DNA from: Lingula anatina
Lineage: Eukaryota; Animalia; Brachiopoda
DNA: 64,000 nucleotides
Reading direction: 5' to 3'
Assembly: GCA_051362555.1 (NCBI GenBank)
Contig: CM120642.1
Location: forward strand, 4,278,001 to 4,342,000
Under the pieces are notes generated by a model. The model was not told the DNA's origin, ran no database searches, and worked only from the letters and a program-made list of their open reading frames with translations. Both the position numbers and the translations under genes were made by a program. Positions 42,701-53,900 of the stretch are shown here, piece by piece. The number at the start of each line of letters is the position of its first letter. Positions within the stretch are counted from its first letter, which is position 1.

Positions 42701-45676
42701 GATGTGGCAAGTACCATACTTCTCCTTTAATGGTATCATCTGGAGCTTCTTCAGCCTCACCTCGGTCTATAATACCTTGCACCATGCTCGTGTACGATTC
42801 ACGATAACTTGGATCTCGCTCAAACTTGCGTCTCAGATGATCAAGGCGTTGGAGTGCCTGGGACTTGTTATCAGTTAGAGCTGGTCGTCTTCTGAATGGC
42901 AATGGCATCTGAATGTGACCATTATCCAACTGCTGTATATTGGTTTCTTGTACTCTCAAAAACTGCAAATCTTCTTGAGACATCTCAACTTCGGTCTTGT
43001 CGTGAACAAAATCCTTTTCTAAGGCATTAATAACGTCTCTTGGCATACAAGGAAACACCTCCTTTGTCGTCACACGGTGACAAACTGAAGCTAAGTTATC
43101 TCTTGAAGAGCAGCCAACAATACTCCACCCAAGTATAGTCTGCACTGCATATGGCTCACTATTTCCACCAACTAGGGTATCTCTGGGTAGCAGTGCTCGT
43201 GGACAATTAAAACCTATGAGTAAACCCACATCACAAGTCTGTAGGGGAGGAATCTTGTTCAAAAGAGGCTTTAGATGTTGCCAGTCTGTTACAGTTTTTC
43301 TCGTAGGAATTTGTGTTCTGTCAGCTGGTATAAACTCCCTAGTGAATGCTTGATCAATCTCCAATGTCTCAGTAGACTTGAATCCTCTTACTCGCAATCT
43401 TCTGATTTTCTTGCTGTCTATGAGGGACTTTTGAGTTGACATTGTTGATAAACTAAGTGTGGCATGCTCTGTTTCAGCATTTAAAGCAGCAGCCGTATCT
43501 TCTAATAAAAATGTAGTGTCACTCTGTGTATCTAAAAGTGCATAGGTCAACACCTCATGTTCTGGATTTTCCTGTGTAGACACCCAAACAGGCACTATCA
43601 TGGTGGTGCTACTCTGACGGTGATGCTGATTGACTTTGAGAGAATTTACGCTTTGGGTTTCTCTGCTGGTAGGTGGCTGCCGTTCTTCATGCATGCAGGT
43701 TGGATGCTTGCCCTTACAGGTACCACATACATGTTTTCTTCTGCAGTCACTGTTTCTGTGTCCCTGTCCTAAACATCCAAAGCACAAATTCTTTTTCACC
43801 ACAAACTCCCTTTTCTTGGATATCGTTAAAGCGCCAAAGTCATGACATCTAGAGATATAATGACCTTCTTTCTCACAATATGTGCACAATTTTTTCTCTG
43901 CTACACCAGCATTAACATTTAGAGCTCTGACCGTATCATGCACCTTGTTCACCAATGGAGAGGTAATGGGATTGCAAGCCACTTCTGATTCTTCCGACAG
44001 GAAAGCACAAAAGTCACGAAAGGAGGGGTAGCCTTCAGTTTTCATAGACCTTGTCACTTGACGATTCCATCTGTGTGATACAAACTGTGGTAGCTTGTTA
44101 ACCATTTTCCTGTTTTCACTATAATCGTTCAAAACTGTGAGTCCCTTGACGTGCGGCATGGCATCACATACAGCATTCAGAAAGTCTGAGTAGTCTCTGA
44201 GTGCATTTCCATCTTTTTCTGGAATCTTTGGCCATTTATCTAGCTTTTCTCTGAAAGACTTCTGTATCAGGAACTCATCTCCAACCTTTCGTTCAGCTTT
44301 CTCCAGGCATCATCAAATGCTGCTTCATCTGTTCTTAAGAAAGCTCCCTGAATCATTTTAGCAGCAGGCCCTGCTGTATACTTCCTTAGAAAAAAGAGTT
44401 TCTCAGTAGCATTGAGGGCTTTTCTTCCAATTAAGACAGAGAAGGAGTTCTTCCATTCAGGAAACAGCAATGGATTACCTGCAAATACCTTTGGTTCTGG
44501 AACAGGTAGGCGTCCTAAAGACAAACTCTGTTGAAGAGCTTCTGTTAAACCATCGAGGGAAACTGCTGGCGTGTGATCAGTTGTGGCCATAGGCGTAGAG
44601 ACTGCATGCATGTGTGCAGTTGTAGCTATGGGCACGGAAACATCAGGTGCAGACAGGGAAACTGAGGGTACACGCACAGCTGCAGTCACAGGTAGGGAAG
44701 TATAGACAGATGTAGTCGCAGGCACGGACATCACATGTGCATGAACAGCTGTAGTCGCTGACAGGGGAACCTCAGGTGTTGAGGCAGCTGCAGACACAGG
44801 CGCGGAAACCTCAGGCGTGTAAACAGCTGTAGTCACAGGCAGGGAAACTGAGGGCACGCGCACAGCTGCAGTCACAGGCACGGGAACCTCAGGTGTTGTG
44901 GCAGCTGCAGACACAGGCACTGAAACCTCGGGTGTATAAACAGCTGTAGTCACAGGCAGGGAAGCTGAGGGCACGTGTACAGCTGCAGTTGCAGGCAGGG
45001 AAACATCTGTTGTGTATGCTTCTGTAGTCACTGGTAGGGAAACTGAGGGCATGTGTATCTTGTCAAACTCATTTAAAGCATCAATTTTAGCCTGAGATAC
45101 ACGTAAACTAGTCTGCATTTCTAAATCCTCCTCTTTAAATTTCAATTCTAACCTTGCTCGCTCCAATTCCTGCTTGACTTTCATGGCTGATGCACGAATG
45201 CTCAACTCGGCTTGTTTCTGTGCTTCCTCCAATTTCAAAAGACTTGACGTTGAGGAGCCACGAGAATTGGTTCTTGATCTGGTACTGACTGATTTAGAGT
45301 CTTCAGTGTGCTCAGTAACTGATGATAAATTCTGCTCCATAATTCTCTTGAATTCCAATAATATTTTTCTGCGAGGCTCATCAATAACTGCTGAGTCAGA
45401 ATGGCTTTGTAATTTCAACAAATTATCTTCAATTTCAAAATATTGGTCACAATTCTGCAACCATTCTGCATATTCTTCTCTGAGTAATGTCTTGCTGCCG
45501 CCTTCTTTAATTATGGCATTGCACCGTTCCATAATTTTTGACAGTTCTCCAAAGAGTCGCTTACATCTTTTACCTTGTATCTCAACAGAATATTCCTTTC
45601 CCTTTTCTGTCATCGTTACAGTTCTTTTCTTCGTTAGGGAATTGGTTGACTCGTTTTCACTATAACGGAGGCTCAT
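39738..45676 (-). CDS. BEL/Pao gag-pol polyprotein split by a 1-nt frameshift near 44283
   Basis: Three Cys-His knuckles (CTYC..H..C, CFGC..H..C, CGTC..H..H), ALLDTQS protease, FYVDD RT, HHFSDAS RNase H (ITLPRLEL), integrase (DCFGP, SDQGSNF, GVWER) and C-terminal ERPIQKL. Restoring one base joins the 469-aa and 1473-aa ORFs through NERFGDEFLIQKSFREKL. Confidence 0.93.
44560..45050 (-). repeat. 39-bp coding minisatellite (13-aa S/T/P/A/V units) in BEL gag
   Basis: About 13 units such as SLPVTTAVYTPEV, SVPVSAAATTPEV and PVPVTAAVRVPSV. Confidence 0.9.
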
Positions 45677-47911
45677 ATTGCAGTTGTATTCTTTTTATTC
45701 TTCCGTAAATACAAGTCATGATCTCCATTAGTTTAACAGTGAAAACGTTGATGTCTATACCCTTTACTGTAATCCTGTAATAATAAACAAATATAGTACT
45801 TAGACTTCGTTCGTTATTATTTTACCTTTCGTTGCGTTACAATCTAAGTATACTCATTAACTTGTTATACAGTTTTTCCAATAAGGGCTTTCGCTTACAC
45901 GCTTTCGCTTACACACTAAGTTATAAGACTTACTTCTAGGTTTGGACATTATTGTTACTTTTGCATTTTAAATTATTAGCCTTTAACTATTGTTATATAA
46001 TAAAAAAGATAGAATAAATTACCTTGACTTAAGAAATATCTGTTAAATGTGAAGCGCTCTTTTGCATGAAACCACATGGTTTCGGACATCTTATAACAAA
46101 AAAATAGTACCGGAAGAACAAAAATGACTGCGTTTTAACAATGTAAAAAATATATATATGTTTAACTGCAAAAATGTAAATAATGAAAACCAAAAGACAA
46201 TAATAATTTAAAGAAACACAATCACAAAGTGTAAAACATAAGTAAAGTAAGCTATCTTCGTGCAGAACTTATTTCCCGCGTAGTAAAATAAACGCAAACA
46301 AAAAATGCATACTTCCGTCGCAATCTTGTGAGAGCATCTATCGCAATCACTAACTAACATTACTGGCTGCAGTTACACCCTGGCAAAGGGTACATTGGAG
46401 TGATGATTTTGCAGCTGCATTGCGCGCAGTGCTGCAGAATTTTACAAACTGGTTGGACAGGTAAATTGGTCAATTTTCGACCAGAAATTTGATGAAGGTA
46501 GAGTTTTAATGCTACTTTTTGGCTGAACGAGGGGTTACATTGGATTATGACTTGGCATGTCGACTTTATTTTAGCTCTATAATAATACTACTAGTGATAA
46601 TAATTATAAGCTTTTTATATGGCGCCTTACAATAATGGATAGTATAACTGAAATTGTTAAAATGACTAAATTTTTTTAAATCGTAAACACTCATTGGAAA
46701 CGATTTAAAATTAACACTACTAATCTTATTAAAATATATAAAAAATCTAAGATATGTAGAAAGATTTAAAAATGTGGGTCTTTAGAAGTGATTTAAAATT
46801 GTCTTCTGCTTTTCTAATAAAATTTAATGAAGTAAAGATGTTTTAAAATTATTCGTATATGCGTTATTTGAATTCACGCTCGCTTAATATGAAACTTTAT
46901 CGTAAAGACAAGGTAAAATATAAGTGGCTTAACACACATCCTCTACTTAAGACCTCCGGGAAAGCGTTTTGTCAATAGCGCCCTATTGAGAACGCTCAGG
47001 TAATATCAGACTTTAAAACGAACTGTGCGTTTTCGAACTCAAGCCTTAGATTTGTGAGCACGAACGTCCAAATTAATGGCTAAAACCAAGCTTTCATGGT
47101 ACGAATGCGAAATTACTGGCTACGAGCAATATGCTTCAATCCACAAACCTTTAATCCGTTCGGCAGTTTCCGTACGTGCCGGGGATTGTCGACAGCGCAT
47201 TACTTCCGTATTGATAAGCAGTATGGATGGTACATTACCGGTAGACTAAAGAAACATTAGTTTGATTGGTTTTGAGCCTTTTTTTATTTTTCATTTATTT
47301 TCCCCGGTACATTTCAATCTAATGTAGTTTCTCATAACTTATTTTCGCTGATTCAGTTGGTCTTCATATTTGCTTCTTAGCCATTAAGGTTTTGTCTCAT
47401 GAATTTCCGAAAATAATGTGAAGTCGCTGCGACGTTTGCGTCTGCTCTACCCTTTTAAAGTGTGTTGCACAAAACAATCACATCGCTTTCAGTTTGTTAC
47501 TAAATTCTTGTAACACGTGTAATTTAATACACATGTAATTTAATACTGTACTTGCACTTAGTCATACATACATACATGCACGTATTGAATTGAAATTGAT
47601 ATCCAAATTAATTTTCAATACATTTTATTATTATTATTATTATTATTATTATACAAGTAAGCTGATCACGTTCACATTGTTGTTTTTAATCCAACAAGTT
47701 CGCGCTTAATTCTTTGTTCGTGTGACAAAACATGGGAATTTGGTTACAATTATATAACTTCTGATTGCTGTTCTTAAGCGCCCTCTAGCGATGATTTAGA
47801 AGCAACGCATGATGTGTTTATCAACCACAATAGGGTGACCTGGCAAGTACGGGGCATTGCATTCTAGCAGAGGAAATCATATATTTAAGTTGAATTGCAA
47901 TATTCTTTAGG

Positions 47912-50900
47912 ATGCAGTCGTCTACAAGAGGTGAGTTCAAGCACCACCTAAGTAAACGGAGGTGTTAAATTTATACTGGTAGTTTTGATATGCCTACAAA
48001 ATGTATAGTACATGAGGCGCTTTCAGTCGGATCAGTGCAACAGAACTTTGATTTTCACAATGTTTGAATATCGCTTTATCTAGGTCACACATTATTATGC
48101 GTGTTTTTATAATGGGTGTTTCATATTGCATTGTTGAAAACATTTTGTCTAAGTACATGTAGATGGGGTCTATAGTTGACTGGTTTTTTGTTAAAATCTC
48201 TTAAGAGATTTTAACTGACGGAGCCCTCTTTGACTCTGCATAGTCACGCGATATCGAGCGAGATTTTATGGCGACCTACTTAAAACCGCGCGAAAAGCAG
48301 ACAACAACAACACTTTATAACAATAATATTAGATTCATAAGATATATTCGTCTTATTGCTCAAAATGCATTAATATCTACAATATGTGCAGTTCTGGACT
48401 TTTCGTTATCCAACGCACTGTACAAAACTCGCGACTTGCGTCTGAGGATTGCATCACGCGTCTGCTTTCAGGCCGTTATCTGAAGCCTGAGAGATGTTGT
48501 TTAACTCCCACATCACGCGGCTGGAAGTTTGATTCAGAACTAATATAATGGAGTATTTTGCCACCGGAATCCGCGGAGTTCCTTCCACGAAAGCTGCACA
48601 AGAATGGTGTTCAGTTTCAAACACCCGCACAACGCGTAGGGTAAAACATGGCGGTGCCTAGGACGCATTGTCCAATCATAGTAAGAAGTTTCGAAGTTCC
48701 TTTACTAGTACAAATGATGTTTTTTACGTCGTGTTCATCAAGGTCCTCCTATATGTATGTACTAGTGCATAGAGGTTCTCTGCCGTACTCATTATACGCT
48801 TGCTCACGACCCTAAATTTGCTCAATTCTAACAGTTGGTGTGCCGCCAGTCAATGATATCAAATTAGAAGGCTTTGACCAAACAGATGATAACAGAAGTT
48901 AACCAGAGTGAAATGCAGATGGCGTTGAGTGTGTTAGTTGTCCAATTGCAGTGGGCGGTAGTTTTACGGAACATATTTAAATTACTCAATTGGCCTCAGC
49001 CAGTCGTTAGCCTAAGAGGGTTAACCTCACAAGACTGAAGTACAGGTACATTGAGAATTTTTGATATTGCACACAGTACCCTAAATAATATGAACAGCGA
49101 CCTTGGCCTCCTTTGTCAAAAATATGCGTAATATGAAATAAAGCACAGGTGCTAAGCTGATTTATCTCCCCTATTTCTTTAGTCTTCATCCAGTCGGGGC
49201 ATATTACGTAAGCTCAGCACCTGTGCTATACTTTATTTAATGCCAGAAATATCAAAATTCAACGTAATTCTGTCTTGGAATTCCTAGCTGTTGAGCTGAG
49301 TAGCATGAACTACAGAAAATGGCAATGTGTCACCGGAAGGATGGAAGTAAAAAACACAAAACGAAGATTCTGCAGTGCTGCCTTTTTCCGATATTGATGT
49401 AACATATATATATATATATGAGGTTGCGTATGTATGATTGTGGTTGTGTTAGTGTAGTGTGTTCGTGCCTTTTTGTTTGTGTTCGTTCGTCTCCGTTTCT
49501 TTATATACGTAACACGCCCCTCTTTCTTAAGCCCCTATTTCACACAGACCACGAATCCCACGAATGGCCATGAATTGACAAATTTCACGATTCGTGGTTG
49601 AATCGTAATCAGTTCGTGAAGTTCTTAACAGATTCGTATCTATTCGTAGTCAGTTCTTGCACTTCTTGACCAACAGGAATTGGTGGCAAAATCTTTGATG
49701 CCCCTATTTCACACAGACCACGAATCCCACGAATCGCCAGGAATTGAAAATTTCAGGATTCGTGGTTGAATCGTAATCAGTTCTTGAAGTTCTTAGCAGA
49801 TTCGTATATAATCGTAGTCAGTTATTGCAATTCTTGATCAATTCGTGGCAAAAAATTTGAGCTGTTCAAAGTTTTGGCCACGAACTCTCGATTCCAAAAA
49901 AATCGTAGTGAATTTTCTGGACAATATTCGTGCGATTCCAACCGAATCCCACGAATATTCGTAACACTATCGTACCTGTATCGTAACTGAATCGTGAGCG
50001 TCGAATTCGACCAGAAAATTGGCAAAATCTCACGAATCCTCACGAATCCTGAAATTTGTCAATTCCTGGCGATTCGTGGGATTCGTGGTCTGTGTGAAAT
50101 AGGGGCCTTACGCGGCACATTCGTTTCTCGTTTCTGCCACGTCAACTTACAGGTGAGATAGACTTGATTGGTTTGCTTTTCATTTTCTTTGTGTTAAGAT
50201 TTTGTATTTCTTTAAGTTATTTTGTTTGATATTTTCAGTGCTTGTTCTTTTCATCCTTATATTGTTTAGAAGTTTAGTTTAATCATAAAAATAAGTATAA
50301 TTAGTTCATAAATGTTGTTCACGTAAATATTTCTATGTAAGTTCAGTTCTGCATTAAGTTCTTTTTGTTTATTTGTAAAGTATTAATAAGACATACGTTT
50401 CTCGTTTCTGCCACGTCAACTTACAGATTAAACTCGGGTTCTTAATAAAGTACAGTGAAAGCTGTTACATTGATAGGGTGGTCTTTGTCTAATGAAATAA
50501 GTTTTATTCATTAAACAGAAAATTTAATACAATTTTCAGATGACAAACCTCTTTATGGAAAGGTTGCCGTGGTAACAGGAGCCTCTAGTGGCATTGGTGC
50601 TGCCATCTCTCGTCAACTGGCTGCTGCTGGTGCCAAGGTTGCCATGGCAGCAAGGCGGGAGAACCTGTTAAAAAAAATCCAGGATGAAATTTCAAAGGAA
50701 GGGGGCGCAGCTCTAGCAGTGAGATGTGATGTAACGAACAGAGCTGAGGTAAAAAGGGTGTGGCATGTGTATGAATGAGATGCCAGTCGTGTTATGAATT
50801 GGGGCAGGAAATTTTCAATAAGATTCGCGTTTGGCAATATTTGCATAATTTCAAGAAATAAAACAGAGAAAAAGATTTGTTTGGTATTAACGAGAGTTTG

Positions 50901-53900
50901 AGGGAAAGGCGACGAGTTCTATGCGGCATCTTCCGGTACAGTTCTTCAAAGTGAAAGCAACGTTGTTCTTTACATGGTAAGACTACGGTGTACGCTTATA
51001 CTGTACCTTGTACCTATTTAGTGGGATCCTTAAAATTAAATTTTTAAAAGTATTCTTAAAATGGTTAAATTGTTATTGATAATAATGATCTTAAAACCAA
51101 GCACTTAAAGAGTACAATTCTAAATATCTGCGCGCAGGTGAAGGAGCTTATTCAGCACACAGAAAGCACCCTGGGTCCCGTGGATATCTTGGTGAACAAT
51201 GCGGGTATCTGGGTGATAAGGTGTATGAAGAACCTTCACGAGGAGGAATGGGATCAGCAAGTGGATGTGAACATCAAGGTAGGGCCACCGTGGTTTCCAG
51301 AGTGTACTGGCAGTCACCAATTATTGGCAATCCTCAAGCTTAGAATGGGATTGGTTGTTTTGTACCATTTCAATTACACAAGCGAATTATTATTTATTTA
51401 GAAATCCATGCTTCTTTCTTGCTTAACATGAAGGAAACGCCAACATAGACTACTTTTATTTGATGGTAATTTTCTAGTTAGAAGGTCTTACCTTGGCAAG
51501 GTTCACCCGTAGACACGCATTTTAGGCCATTTAGACAAAAGATGTGTCGTTGGAGCATCCTCAAATGTGTATAAAATCTTTGATTTTTCCAAAAAGCATC
51601 TGTCAGAATTTTCTTATTCAGGGGGTGTTGAACTGCATTGGGGCTGTGATCTCCGGGATGTGTGAAAGGAAAAGAGGTCATATCGTCAACATGTCATCAC
51701 AAAGTGGAAAGACGGTAATAGTTAATTGCCAGCTCTCCCTTCTGTATGAAAAATGCAAGTGGGACTCTCCGATTCAGTCAGAAAGCCTGTTGACCTATCA
51801 GTTTTCAGAGTTGCAAAAATATTCCTTGGTGATTTTCATCATTTTGTTTCAAACTTGGTTAACTTAAACCTATTTTGTTTAGTAAATCAGTTTGTTCTTA
51901 CGTCCCTCATTCTGCAAATCAAATCACCTACAACTATTCATTCAATAGCAATTTTACTTCAAAAAGTGCAAGGAACCTTGTCATCAAATTCATACTGTTC
52001 AAAACCCAGTTACTTGTCATTTTTTATATTCATAGCACCACCGTAACCGCATTGAAACAAATTCGTCTAAACAAATTTTATATACCAGTAGTTACGTACG
52101 CTACACTGAAGGTAATGCACATGTAGAGCTCTAATAACTTCATGAAATTTAACGCGTTTTACATATTTGGATCAGACATGCAGCAAACCTTCAATTTAAT
52201 TCAGTTCTGTTGAAATGCACATTAATCCATTGCATATATTACTATGACATTACAGCCTTTGGTAGGGATAGCCGTATACACAGGGTCGAAGTTCTTCGTA
52301 GAGGGGATGTCACGGACGCTTCGTCAAGAAGTTTGTAAGGATGGTGTACGTGTAACATGTATCCAGCCTGGCGAAGTTGAAACGCCCGGTTTCGCCAGGT
52401 ATTTAATGACAATGGAAGATGAGCAGGTAAAACCTTTGAAGACATACTATGTCCACAAGATTTCTTATTGCCCCCTTTTAAAGTAAAATGACATGCTTTA
52501 AAATAAAATGACATGCTACATCAATTTATCGTCAAATTAAATTAAGGGTTACGAGTTAATTTGCATTTGTTGTATAACCAGTGATTGTGCTACACTTATA
52601 AGTATACGTTTCCTCAGAGGTTGCATTGTTTATATCGTGTAAAGCATGACAGGATCTAGAGGATTAAGCAGCATACTGCACTGTAGATTAAGCACATGTA
52701 CACAAAACATGTGACAATTGAAGGTTTCAGAAAACCGAAGAACTATCAATATCTCGTACCGTGCATATTCAGAGTGTAGGCTTAACAATACCTGGCCTTT
52801 TAGACAAATTGGTCGTTTAGGATTGCGAATGGCGGTTTGTGATTATGAACGCCGAATTATAGACTTGAGCTGCGATTTCATGGTGCGAACGTCAAAATAC
52901 TTGCTGCGAGGACCGCAATATTTATTTCAAACGGTTTGGTCAGCTTTAGATTTGGTCTCTCGCTGTTCAAGTACGAAAACTGCACGACAAGCTTTCGGAA
53001 ATTCCAAGTCTAAAATAGTAACGAATAGGATAAAGTAAAAATAGTTTCCTTAGAGGACCGTGGTTTAGCATTTGATATGATAACCATGGAAATACGGCAG
53101 TTTTCAATAAAATTTTCAAAGCAAAAATCTAAACAACATAGAGAAAATGAAAGAGACATTTGGAAAAAAATCAACGCGCTACAAGCCGAGATAGACAATC
53201 AATTTAATAAAGAAAAAGCTAAAGAATTAGAAAAACTTAAGACTGAATATGATTTAATCTTAGAAGCTAAAACTGAAGGTGCAATAATGCGCAGTAAAGT
53301 GAGATGGTACGAAAAGGGCGAACGCAATACAAATTACTTTATCAACTTGGAAAAACGGAATCGGGTCAGAAATACAATTACAAAACTAGAAATTAATGAT
53401 ACACTAACAGTAACTAACGATAAAGATATTCTACAAGAACAGGAAAAGTTTTATGAAAATTTGTACACCTCACAGAACACTACCTTTAACGAGAGAATCT
53501 CAAACAAATTTTTCAATGTACAAAACATACCCCAAATTCCAAACGACCTAAAAATCGCATGTGAAGGAAAGCTAACCATCAACGAGTGCAAAAACGCACT
53601 CAAAGAACTTACAAAAAAGAAGAATAAAACCCCGGGTGTCGATGGGCTCTCCGCAGAATTTTACATGAAATTCTGGGAAGAATTAGGAGAGGAAATGGCA
53701 GACTGTTTAAATTTTGCTTTTGAAACTGGTCAGTTAAATATTAGCCAACGGCAGGGCATAATAACACTAATTCCCAAAAAAGACAAGGATAGACACCGTT
53801 TGGAAAACTGGCGACCTATTTCTTTGCTAAGCGTAAGCTACAAAATAGCCGCAAAAGCACTTGCAAAACGAATGGAAATGACTTTACCAACCATTATCAA

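Larger units (their letters stand above)
38461..46377 (-). mobile_element. Full-length BEL/Pao LTR retrotransposon, very recent
   Basis: 717-bp LTRs at 38461-39177 and 45661-46377, apparently identical. CCCTG TSD at 38456-38460 and 46378-46382. Empty site CCACCCTGACAGAGGGTACATT near 57231. PPT at about 39178-39187. Confidence 0.96.
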
